A stretch of DNA of 63,905 bases, filler included, from Octopus bimaculoides (taxonomy: Eukaryota): the NCBI RefSeq assembly GCF_001194135.2. It is 6 parts of 6 records of this genome, joined end to end, with 100 filler letters (N's around TTAATTAATTAA, not from the genome) between each part and the next. Parts side by side here need not be neighbours in the genome. Positions count along the whole stretch, not along the records: positions 1 to 30,187 come from NC_068985.1; positions 30,288 to 46,005 come from NC_068995.1; 4 more parts are not named here. The stretch is one strand, 5' to 3'. The translations under genes and the position numbers were made by a program. The first letter of the stretch is position 1. Each line of letters starts with the position of its first letter. This document shows, piece after piece, positions 29,211 to 41,161 of this stretch. The notes below the pieces were generated by a model. The model was not told the origin of the DNA, searched no databases, and saw nothing but the letters and a program-made list of their open reading frames with translations.

Positions 29211-29500
29211 CTGTATATCTTTTTATACATATGTATATTTATAATTACAAATAAATAGTAGTTTCCCAATCACATCATTTTGTGTTCAGTCCTACTGTCT
29301 GTGTTTGTCCCCCCACAACTGCTTGAGAACCGTTAGTGGTGTGTTTGTCTCTTGTAACCTAGTGGTTTGGCAAAAGAAACTAATAGAACAATTACCAGGT
29401 TTAAAGAATAACCTCTTGGGACGATTCCTTCAACTAAAATTCCTCAAATCCATGTCACACTATGGTTGTTCTTTAATGAGTGAAACAAGTAAGATATATG

Positions 29501-29540
<40 letters not shown>

Positions 29541-30156
29541 AGCAAACACACACACACAATCATGCACACATACAGATATACATGAATATATATGCAAATA
29601 TAAACTTGTACATAAACACACATATATGAATGTGTACATATACATATAATGTATGTACATATATATATATATATATTGGGAAAAAATAGTACTCGAATAC
29701 CGGAGGTAGAGTATTATGCTTAAATTTTAAAGCTGCAAAAACATCCCAAAACTATCACAAAAAAAATTAACTCAGAGGTTCACATTCCCCTTCGTCAGGC
29801 AGTTGTGATCCAGATTCTGGATCACAACTGTCCGACAATTGGGAACAGTTTGTGTGATATTTACGTGAGGTTTTTGCACCTTTAATAATAAAGTATATGT
29901 ATATATATGAATAAATATATATATGTATGTATATATATATATATATACTTTATTTAAAAGCAGCAGAAATATATATATATATAGATAGATAGTTAGATAG
30001 ATATGTATATATATAAATATACTCATATATATATATAAATATATTTATATATATATACATGTAAAAATATATATACAAATACATATATATACATTTATAT
30101 ATGTATGTTTGTATGTATGTATATACTATATATATATATAAATATATATTTATATG

Positions 30157-30187
<31 letters not shown>
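21760..30187. repeat. Region dominated by compound (TA)n/(TG)n/(CA)n/(TACA)n microsatellites and gaps
   Basis: Visible directly. Most N gaps here end in (TA)n. Smaller tracts occur throughout the window. Confidence 0.95.
29770..29850. repeat. Palindrome: perfect 15-bp arms with 1-nt loop and imperfect extension
   Basis: CAGTTGTGATCCAGA-T-TCTGGATCACAACTG at 29800-29830. Confidence 0.85.
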
Positions 30188-30287
30188 NNNNNNNNNNNNN
30201 NNNNNNNNNNNNNNNNNNNNNNNNNNNNNNNTTAATTAATTAANNNNNNNNNNNNNNNNNNNNNNNNNNNNNNNNNNNNNNNNNNNN
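30188..30287. other. Artificial scaffold linker N44-TTAATTAATTAA-N44
   Basis: Exactly 100 bp, with stops in all six frames. Identical at five sites. Confidence 0.97.
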
Positions 30288-30377
30288 TTTTGGTGAAAGG
30301 GTGTGTTTTGAGAAAGATTTGGCTGCTATTTGTAGTAGCTCAAGTTACCAGAGAGACACGTGTGTGTGTGTGTGCGA

Positions 30378-30416
<39 letters not shown>

Positions 30417-30497
30417 TGTGCGTGCGTGTGTGTGTGCCTGCGTGTGTATGCGTATGTGTGTGTGCGCGTGTGTGTGTGTTTGTGTGCCTGTGTATTT

Positions 30498-30703
30498 GTG
30501 CGCCTGTGTTTGTTCCCGACCATCGCCTGACATCGCCGATGTTGATGTACTTACGTCCCCGTAGCTTAGTAGTTCGGCAAAAGAGCCTGATAAAATATGT
30601 ACTAGGCTTACAAAGAATAAGTCCTGGGGTCGGTTTGTTCGACTAAAGGTGGTGCTCCAACATGGCTGCAGTCAAATGACTGAAACAAGTAAAAGAATAA
30701 AAG
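30498..30703 (+). mobile_element. SINE family A, 3' half, CpGs retained
   Basis: Matches the reverse complement of 62731-62840 and continues GAATAAGTCCTGGGGTCG..CATGGCTGCAGTCAAATGACTGAAAC. Confidence 0.85.
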
Positions 30704-31299
30704 TATATGCGTGTGTATATATATATATATATATCCATTTATACATTTTGCTTACACTGTATTTGAAGACTATTCTAAGTGAGTAATCTATCGAAAGCCG
30801 ACTTAGCAAATACATTATTATACAACAGAGGAACCATGAACCAGATCATTGTAATGGAAATACTAAACATTATGTGTAAACAACCAATACTTGCTTTTAT
30901 CTTCTTTACTTTGTCACATAAGTGATGAAATTTCTAAATGAAAGATCAATGAGAATCTTATTAAGAACGCTACTGCTAATATTGAATTCCATTAACATAA
31001 GACTGATATCACATTTTTATAAACAGGTCTTTTTGTCTTTGATCAAAACATCTACACAATCGAGGACTGTTTTCATGTTTCAACTGTTTCGGTGATGAAG
31101 ACCTCTCTGGATTTTAATGACAAAGAAATAATATTTCCTGGCTTGTAACAATTCTTTGAAATAAATCATTTGAACACATGTCATTTGTGTATTCCTTCTT
31201 GTTTTGTTTTGATTTTCCGACTCGCCACCCTTATAACGATGTTTTCCAGTCATCTAAAACCTGAGAAATATCAGAGTACCATTTCAATTTGAAAAATGA

Positions 31300-31905
31300 G
31301 TTTATCTTTAAAGCCCAGCTAGTTGACTGCAGCCATGCTGGGGCATCGCCTTGAAATGTTAATTGAATNNNNNNNNNNNNNNNNNNNNNNNNNNNNNNNN
31401 NNNNNNNNNNNNNNNNNNNNNNNNNNNNNNNNNNNNNNNNNNNNNNNNNNNNNNNNNNNNNNNNNNNNNNNNNNNNNNNNNNNNNNNNNNNNNNNNNNNN
31501 NNNNNNNNNNNNNNNNNNNNNNNNNNNNNNNNNNNNNNNNNNNNNNNNNNNNNNNNNNNNNNNNNNNNNNNNNNNNNNNNNNNNNNNNNNNNNNNNNNNN
31601 NNNNNNNNNNNNNNNNNNNNNNNNNNNNNNNNNNNNNNNNNNNNNNNNNNNNNNNNNNNNNNNNNNNNNNNNNNNNNNNNNNNNNNNNNNNNNNNNNNNN
31701 NNNNNNNNNNNNNNNNNNNNNNNNNNNNNNNNNNNNNNNNNNNNTATATATATATATATATATAAGACGGGCTTCTTTCAGTTTCTGTCCACAAAATCAT
31801 CTCACAAGGCTTTGGTTCTCCTGAGTTACAGTAGAAGTTGCCACGCAGTGGGACTGAACCTGGAACCATGTAGTTGGGAAGTAAGCTTCTTACCATACAG
31901 CCAAG
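31300..31905 (-). mobile_element. SINE family A spanning gap 31369-31744
   Basis: 5' part at 31765-31905 and 3' tail at 31300-31368, in the same orientation. Confidence 0.75.
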
Positions 31906-32334
31906 CCTGCGTTAATACTGTTTAATTTGTTTTCTTTTCCCATTTTAGGCACTCTTCGTTGCTTCTGTTAAACATCACTAATTGTTTAGGAATGGTTTGA
32001 ATGATTAGAAATTGCATTTTGCTGAAGTAGTTGTATGCTGTCAACTTGATGTGACAGTCTCCTGAAGGGAATAATACTACTGTTGGTTAGATCTAGGAAG
32101 CTGCACCCTTCCTGTCGGCCTTGACACATTTCCTGCGTCTTTATGTTTACAAGGGGGAGACAAGCACCTCCACCCAGCTAAGCCTGCATCCAGTGACATG
32201 TTTCTGAGTCTTTGCTCGTCATCAGTCTGGAGTAGCATGATTGCTAGTCGAACATGCTTGTCAAGCTCTTGTAAACATATAATAATTCTAGTGAAATACA
32301 TTCACTGATTTCAAATTCAGAAATAATAATTTTC

Positions 32335-32550
32335 TAAATCTCTCAGAGAGATTTATGCAGTAGTGATACGATGAAGTAGTTGTATGCTGTCAACTTAATG
32401 TGACAGTCCCCTGAAGGGAATAATAGTATTATTATTAAGAGTAGTATTATTAACAGTAGCATTATTCCCTTCAGGGGACTGTCACATTAAGCTGACAGCA
32501 TACAACTACTTCATCGTATCACTACTGCATACATCTCTCTGAGAGATTTA
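32335..32550. repeat. 90-bp inverted repeat (88/90) with 36-nt spacer; third partial direct copy at 32023-32083
   Basis: Direct comparison of 32335-32424 with the reverse complement of 32461-32550. Confidence 0.92.
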
Positions 32551-35500
32551 GTAATGTATTGTTTCTAAAATTGCATTTTGCTGTTGAAGAAATTCTTTCT
32601 ACTATACGCACATAGCCTGAACATATTTTGTAGGGACTGTTTGATATCAATTACATCGACCCTAGTGCTCAGCTGGTACTTATTTTATCGAACCTGAAAG
32701 AATGAAGGTCACAGATGAACTCAGCGGAATTTAAACTCAAGACATAAGGTCGGGCGAAATGACGCTGAGCATTTTGCCTGGCGTGCGAACGACTTTACCA
32801 GCTCAACACATCGCTGCTGCTTTTAAAGAAGTAGTATAGCATTTTATTTTGTATTAGTTTTACCAAATCCACCCTCAAGCCATTTTTCAGTTCGGGATTA
32901 TAATGTAATACATTTGCCAAAGGCGCCGAGCAACATGCAAGTCATTGATGCGCAAAATCTCTATTTCGTACATTTTTTTTCTTGCATAAAATATGTTTTT
33001 CTTAAAAGACTTATTGAATTATCTTAGCATCATACATGAAACCCTTTAACTATTACTTTGAAATCCGCTCAGAACATTCTATAAAATGGATTAATTATTC
33101 TTTCTGCTATAGACGGAGTTCCTGAAATGTTGAAGGCATGGGGCTAGTCGATTACATCGATCCTATTGCTTGACTGGTGTTTATTTTATCGAATCCGAAT
33201 GAACGAAAAGTCAACCTCTTGAGAAATTTCAACTCAGAACTTAAAGACGGATAAAATGCCACTAAACAGTTTGTCCGCTGTGTTAATGCCAACTTGCAAA
33301 ACGAATAAATAATAAGAGAAATTATTGAATCAATTCGCCAATGTGCTGAATTTATATTGATAATTTATTGTGTACTATTATTTGACCATGATTAATAAAT
33401 ATACTTCCAGTTGTTCAAATTATGATAAGCATACAAATATCTTTGCTTGGGGGACGCTAACGAAACAAGTAGGACGATATGACGATATCCATGGGTTAAA
33501 TGAAAACATTGTTAAAGGATATTTTTGCTCTGCAGCTCATTTTAAACATTAATATAATAGACACGTTAACGTATGTCTTCTTAAGATGTCTACTATTTAA
33601 TCTCCATGTGGCTGTGACAACAGCAAAGTTGGACGAGAGATAAACGTAAAAAGTCGTCGCCTAAACTGCGTAACATGTAAACCAATGAAGAATAATTAAA
33701 GGAACCATATTCTTCAAATACTAAGACATAAATGTGTGTGTATGCACACACAACAATAAATCTCATGCTCCCTTACTAGAGTTTGGTATGGAACAATAGT
33801 GTTCCTAATTCCATCTGTTTGACATTTCAAGATTTACAGTTTCCTTTTCAAAATGACCTTTTGCAACGGCGTGTTGTCCGTGCGTTCTGCTTTAAGACGC
33901 AGAGAGTTTTGAGAATAATTTCATATAGCGGTAAATGCTATCTTGAAATCTAACAGGAATAACCGTCATATGATTTTGAATAAGGCATTGATGATTTTAT
34001 CAGTTATAAAGTTGTTCCCATGGTCCGTTATGACGTACTGCAGAATATACCAACAGTATACTATTACAATAGTCTTTTTATATCTTTTAAAATGACAATA
34101 AGGAAGTCTCGCAGCGTTAGCCTAATGATTTAAGTAAAATTACTGCTCCAAGTCAGGCATAAAAGACTAAGAAGAAGACAAGAAAAATTTTTAATAGAAA
34201 AGACCAAGCATGAACATAGTCGCATCTAATATTTGGATACTCAAAGGCAACAAACTGGCAGAATCTTTAGAACGCCGGGAAAATGCTTTGCCGCATTTCG
34301 TCCGTCTTTACGTTCTGAGTTCAAATTCTGCCGAGATCGACTTCGACTTTCATCCTTTCGTGGTCGATAAAATAAGTACCAGTTGAACACTGGGGCAGAT
34401 GTAAACGACTTACCTCCTCCCCGTATTTGCTGACTTTGTGCCAAAATTTGAAACCAAAAATTGAATACTGGTATAACACGATGAAATTGTAGAGAAATTC
34501 GCTAATATCTATATTTATAATAACTACGGAAGGTTAAATTAAAAAACCTAATTTGCTGGTCATATCAATCGGATTTTAATAGCCGAGAATGAAAACAATG
34601 AGTTGGCATAAATCTATAAGCTCATTGTCTGTCTAAAAATTTATATATAATCTTTACAAAAACTGTCTGAAGCCTCCAAAGCCATGCGAGTCTAACATTA
34701 GCAGTGAATGATGAGCGGACAGGCTAAATTCAGTGTGGGCACGGACAGAACACTTTTTGACAAATAAAGCTGCACTGTCAAAATTAAGAATACATCGCCA
34801 AACCTTCGCTTTAATGCAGGAACGTCTTCGATTCTTTTCTATATTCACAAATTGAATAAGTTTACTTTTTAAAAAAAATTGTTTCTCTAAGAATTTACTT
34901 TAAAATCATTTTAATCGTGGGACAGTCTATGCCGGATTGATAGAGAAACAAGTCTCATATTATAATATAATTTTAGTTTAAGAGTTGTAAACTTATATTT
35001 TACACAAACATTCATACAAATAGATATATATAATATGTTTACTCTAGCATTTATCTTGAGACGACGAGAATTTGGTTTCAGCTTTTTGAGAAATAAGATA
35101 TATTTAGCTATATTCTGAGGAAGCAGGAGGAAAAGAAATTCTATTGAACAATTTAAGAAATAGTCTTGTTTACGAAAGATTTTGTGCACAAAAGCCGAAG
35201 ATTAGAACAAGACACCTTTACAAGCAAAGAATCACAATTTCGATGTTGTCGAGTTTCGTTGTGGTTCAGTGAGCTTTGAAGCGAACCATGTAATTATTCA
35301 CCTAGTTAAGATGTACATAAAAATATCCGAATTTGTTTTCAACAGATACACTTTCTTCCGACCAATATTTTAAAAATTGTCTAAGAAATTATATAGACAT
35401 TATTTATTATTCATTCAATTACAGAGATAATTATCTCTACATACTAGTCTATCACACTAAAGTTTGTTAAATCTTGGAAATATATTATCGGTGTTTCGTA

Positions 35501-35752
35501 CACACACAAGCGCACATGCACAGACACCTATGTATGTCTGTAGATGTGTTGAGAAATATTAACTTTATATATCCAAGAGCTCATTTCAGACGTATGATTA
35601 AGTATAGTGTCATATTTGTGGACGTGGATGTATAAATGATTTTTTTTTTTACTTTTATTCTCCATAGAACAGACGAACACGTTGTTAAATAAATGATGAT
35701 GCAAAACACAGTTTACATTATTACACTATTTCAAGGTGTTAGATTTAATCAA

Positions 35753-36820
35753 TGCGGCGAGCTTGGCAGAATAATTAGAACGTTGTATAAAAATGCTTTG
35801 CTATTAGTTCCGGTTCTTTACATTCTGACTTCAAATCCTCGCAATGTCAACTTAGCCCTTCACCTATTCAGAATCAATAAAACAAAGTATCAATTTAAGT
35901 ACTGGGGTTGAGTGTATAGACTAAACCCCCACCTCTTAGAAATGCTGGCCTTGTGCCTAAATCGGAAACCATTCCGACTATTTCTGAAAATCAATCCCAC
36001 CGTATTCAAATGTGCCTATCATTCCTCAGGAGTCGATAAAATATAGTATCGGTCTAAATTCTAGTTTTCGTGATATCAGCTAATCTCTCCTCTCGGAGTT
36101 GCTGGCTTCGTACCTAAACAAATAATTATTATTACACTTAATCATAAAGCGGTGATCTAGCAGCATCCTTAAGACAAAATGCTTAACAACGTTCCATCAA
36201 GTTTTACCTTCTGAGTTAGAATTCCACCGAAGTCGACTGTGCGTTTCATCCTTTCGAGGTCGATAAACTAAGTACCAGTTATACACCGGTGATGGGGAGG
36301 AGACAATGTAATCGACTCGCCCCTCCTTCTAAATTCCAGGCCTTGGCTTATAAAAGACAATTGTTACTCTTAACCATAAGACGGTGAGCTGGTAGAATCG
36401 TTAGCACGCCGGATAAACTGTTTAGCAGCATTTCGTCCGTTTTTACGTCCTGAGTTCAAATCTGCCAAGGACGACTTTGCTTTTCGTCCTATTGGAGACG
36501 ATAAAATAAGTATCAGTTGAGAACTGGGGTCGATTTAATCCCCACCTCCAATTTCAGGTCTTGTGCCCATAGTAGAAAGGATTATTACACTCAATCAAAA
36601 AAGTCTGGGATTGGTCGAATCTTTAGAATAACGGACAACATTGCTTACAAGTATTTGTCTCGATCCTTTTCGTCCAATGTTCAAATCCCGCCTAGGTCAA
36701 CTTTATTTTCATTTTTTTCCCTAAGGCTGATAAAATAAAACACCAGTCAAGCACATGGTTCATGTAATCGCCTTAACTCCTTCAAAATATTTGTCCTTAT
36801 ACTTATGTTCAAAATAATTG
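35753..36820 (+). mobile_element. Head-to-tail array of five diverged SINE family B units
   Basis: Units at about 35753, 35975, 36147, 36379 and 36600 each carry the B box/central domain and a CCTTGTGCC-like tail. Confidence 0.85.
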
Positions 36821-36959
36821 TTATGCTTAATCTTATACTAAACTAACTCTCCTAATTTATAACAAACACACTCAAATTAAAATCTGTCACAAATATCTCT
36901 ATTAACACCATTTACTAAGTCCACGCTTCTTATCAACTCACTCTAGCCTAACTCACTAT

Positions 36960-37550
36960 CCTTGTCAACACCATCAAACTCGAAGCATCGAGAGAGGCTC
37001 TAAATGGTGGATCGATTTCTTTTCCAAGATCATACTACTCTGTCTTAAAAATAGAAAAATAAACGGAACACATTAGCTATTACAGTGTCAAATATACTGT
37101 GAATTAAAGAGGGAATGCTCAAAGCTAGAACGCCTTGCTCATAGGTCGGCTTCATCATTGTTGAACTTCACCCAAATAATCGCATACCAACACAGAAATC
37201 CTATGTGTAATCGGCTGTTCTGTCAAAAATAGCTACCAAATTCCATCAACGTACATCCTACAGACTCCAAAAATACATGTAAAGAAATGCAGCTTTGAGT
37301 TCTCTCCAAGCTGCGTAAGACAAAATGGTCATGGTTGGATTGCCTTTAACGCTGGTTTCAAGTAAAGCTGATATGAGGTTAAGATACAGCAAAAACAACA
37401 GTAAAATCCACATTAATAACACCACCAAAACCACAAAACTTACACCCTGTCTTCTCCGAAAAGTAGAGATACATTTGTTAATATAGTCCTAGATACGCAA
37501 TGCCAGAAGCAAGATGGTCATCGATGAAATGATTTTCTTACTAACCTCAG
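36960..37550 (-). repeat. Cluster of an unclassified interspersed repeat (GATTTGGCTGCTATTTCTAG family)
   Basis: Two to three degenerate units. Related sequence occurs at about 5930-6060, 30288-30355 and 46790-46900. Confidence 0.5.
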
Positions 37551-39059
37551 TAAGCTAAACATTACCCATTTGTTAAAATAATTATCACATTAATAATTTT
37601 GTACACAGGCATGAATTCAGAAACATGAAAAGTGGGGAAAAAACTGTGGACGGACAGTGAACCAATATTTGATTGTTACTTTATTTCGTCCACTCTAGAA
37701 GAATGAAATATAATACCAACCTCGGTAGGATTTGAATCCTAGTCGTAAAGTATAGTAACTAAAGATCCCCAAACATTTTGTCTGATGCTCTAACCAATCT
37801 GTTAATCTAATTAGCATATCACCATTGCAAACTGCATCATCTACTTCATAACACAAATACGAGAAGCAAATTTTCATTTCTCAGTGTTTAAACATGGTTA
37901 AACAACGTCAAAAGTATTTTTTAATGAGCATATGCTGTAAGAGGAGGTATTAGTATTTCAGTGTTTATTACTGAATATTTGATGTAAATATATAAATAAA
38001 TAAGATATTCGATGCAAATAAATAAATGAATACTATATTAATATATTTGATGTAAATAACTAATAATATATATTTGAGGTAGATATATTAAATAAATAAT
38101 ATACATATATATTTTATGTAAATTTATCAATATATGTTTTACGTACGTGTATGAATATATATATATATATATATANNNNNNNNNNNNNNNNNNNNNNNNN
38201 NNNNNNNNNNNNNNNNNNNNNNNNNNNNNNNNNNNNNNNNNNNNNNNNNNNNNNNNNNNNNNNNNNNNNNNNNNNNNNNNNNNNNNNNNNNNNNNNNNNN
38301 NNNNNNNNNNNNNNNNNNNNNNNNNNNNNNNNNNNNNNNNNNNNNNNNNNNNNNNNNNNNNNNNNNNNNNNNNNNNNNNNNNNNNNNNNNNNNNNNNNNN
38401 NNNNNNNNNNNNNNNNNNNNNNNNNNNNNNNNNNNNNNNNNNNNNNNNNNNNNNNNNNNNNNNNNNNNNNNNNNNNNNNNNNNNNNNNNNNNNNNNNNNN
38501 NNNNNNNNNNNNNNNNNNNNNNNNNNNNNNNNNNNNNNNNNNNNNNNNNNNNNNNNNNNNNNNNNNNNNNNNNNNNNNNNNNNNNNNNNNNNNNNNNNNN
38601 NNNNNNNNNNNNNNNNNNNNNNNNNNNNNNNNNNNNNNNNNNNNNNNNNNNNNNNNNNNNNNNNNNNNNNNNNNNNNNNNNNNNNNNNNNNNNNNNNTAT
38701 ATATATATTATGTAAATATATAGAGTCATATAGATGAATAACAAATTCTACCGGGAATTTTACTTCTGTTGATTTCAAAATTAAAATATGACAAATTTTT
38801 TAATCCCACCTAACACGACAATTTCTTTTATGACGTTATTCTGTATTGGTTCGGAAATTTGCTAAATAAATTTATCTTACACACACATATTATCACACAC
38901 ATAATACTGTATAAGCAGCTGTCACTCGTAGTCTAGTATGATTGAATAACAAACACCATGCTCTCACTAAATGTTTTAGATGTCTGTCTAATCGTGAGTA
39001 GATATTGGCAACCTCTGGAACTCCTAAACCTCGATCCGAAAGGAAATTCCAGAATGTCA

Positions 39060-39238
39060 CTTCCGGGATTGAGGGCTTCACCAGCACCCAGTTAATGTTC
39101 ATTAACTACTGAGTAAATTGGAACAGCGTGAAATACAGTGCCTTGCTCAATGACACAACGTGCTGCTCGATCCAAGAATTGAACCCGCGAACTTAAGTTC
39201 GAGAGCCGAACACCCTAACTACTAGGCCACATGCCTTC
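39060..39238 (-). mobile_element. tRNA-derived SINE with CORE/V-like central domain
   Basis: Minus strand reads TGGCCTAGTAGTTAG (A box), GGTTCAATTC (B box) and GTTGTGTCATTGAGCAAGGCACT. A related copy lies at about 3705-3830 (+). Confidence 0.7.
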
Positions 39239-39304
39239 AGTGTCACACGCATGGTTATAAGCAAATATTTACGTAATTACAACTTTACTGTACATATATG
39301 CACA

Positions 39305-39338
<34 letters not shown>

Positions 39339-39421
39339 CATGCATGCATGCATACATACATACATACATACATACATACATACATACATGGATGCATACA
39401 TACATACATACATACATACAC

Positions 39422-40205
39422 TTTAAAGGTTATTCGGTTGTAATCCAGGAACAAGAGATTGCCATAAAGTACCTGGTGAACAAGAGAGTCAGTGACGCTC
39501 TTGTAATCCTAAGGTGCAACCGCATGTGTAGACTATGTCATGTTTCTGTGGAAGACACCACGCATGTGATTAGCAGCTGTCTTAAAATGCCGTCACGGTG
39601 CTACCTCCCTATTCAGCAAGATGTTGTTGCTAAAACAATTTACGATGCAATCCTCAAAAAAGACTGTCCTGAAATAAACTTAGAAAATCCCTCGAGTATG
39701 GAATACATTCATAAACACCAACTCAAGTAATACTGGTGGAATATTCCCATCAAAACCTCTGTCAAATGTAAACATAATAGGCCGGATATTGTTGTGTGGA
39801 ACAGAAGGGAAAATGTACGTATCATCATAGAAGTCAACTGACCTCCAGATATAAATATCTCTTTGAAAATCAAAGAAAAAGAGGATATCTATGGACAGCT
39901 GCTACGAAACCTCCAGCTTCTATGTCCAGACCATGAATTCATATTCATACCAATAATAATTGAAGCACTAAGTTTTGTGAGTAAATGCTTAGAGGAGAAT
40001 CTGGATAAACTGGTATTTTAAGAAAGAGAAATCGACCGGCTAATTCGTACATTACAAGTGCAATCTGTGAGTGGAACAGTAAAAATATTCAAGACTTTTC
40101 TCAATTTCCAAATGTGTATTTGTCTGTGTTAATTACGTCCCTAAGATGGAGCCTTGTATCTTTGTTGGAAACCAGCTCCCGCCTCAATGGAAGATTTATA
40201 ATAAT
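39422..40205 (+). mobile_element. R4/Dong-clade (RLE) non-LTR retrotransposon 3' fragment
   Basis: IQEQEIAIKYL, CCHC knuckle CRLCHVSVEDTTHVISSC, YWWNIPIKT, KHNRPDIVVWN..IIEV (PD..E restriction-like nuclease) and IKEKEDIY..L. The 5' end abuts (CATA)n. Confidence 0.88.
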
Positions 40206-41161
40206 TAAGAAAAATAGAAGAGACATACATACACACGTAAGTAGGTGCATACGTAAGTAAACAAGTAAGTATTGCATCATATCCGTTCCACTGCATATAC
40301 CGATTACCAAGTGTCAAATGTAGTTTGGATTCATGTTTGCATTGTGGAAACAACTCACGTAATGGGTGCTGGAAAAGAGTACTTAAGAAAATATTCTCTA
40401 ATTAGTCACCAGAGAACCACAAAGCAGGAATGAAACGTAGCTGTACGACAACAGAACAATACATAGCTATACTGCTAGAAAACTTGTGACACTAACATAA
40501 ACAATCGGCGAAGTTTGTCTTGGACTAAGCAACCGATAACATAGATTTCAAATTTTGGCACACGGCCAGCAAGTTCGGGATTCGAGTGAAACCCAGTGCT
40601 CAACTGGTACTTGAATTTGGAAAAGTGAGATGCAAAGTCGATCTCGGCGGAATTTGAACTCAGAACCTAAAAACGGACGGAATGCAGCTAAATATTTTTC
40701 CCGGCGTAATAACGATTCTGCCAGAGATAAAACGTATACAACAGTAGAAATCAGTTACCAGCAGGTGTGCGGTTTAGTGCTGATGATAAAATAAATATGA
40801 AGTATTTATGCTACACTAATGTGAAATTTGCAGATACCAACTATGTAATTAATTACTTCAGCATCAATTTCGAAACTGGCGTTCGCAAAATTACTAATGA
40901 TATTCAAAGATTTGGAAATTACAATTACAGGCATTAAGCTAAAACACTTCAGCATGCAATATATATCTATACACTCGTATAACAATTGTATGTAAACAAG
41001 TGTATGTGCACATATACGTATATCAATTCATACAGCTTTTCATGTGCAATAAACTGTGTATAAGCACAATTATACATACATACATACATACATACATACA
41101 TACACGCACATACATACATACATACATACATACATACATACATACATACAGACAGACAGAC

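Noticed and set aside
35753-36820. CRISPR-like periodicity
   Set aside because: The units are ~200-bp diverged SINEs in a eukaryotic context, with no short conserved repeat-spacer array or cas genes.
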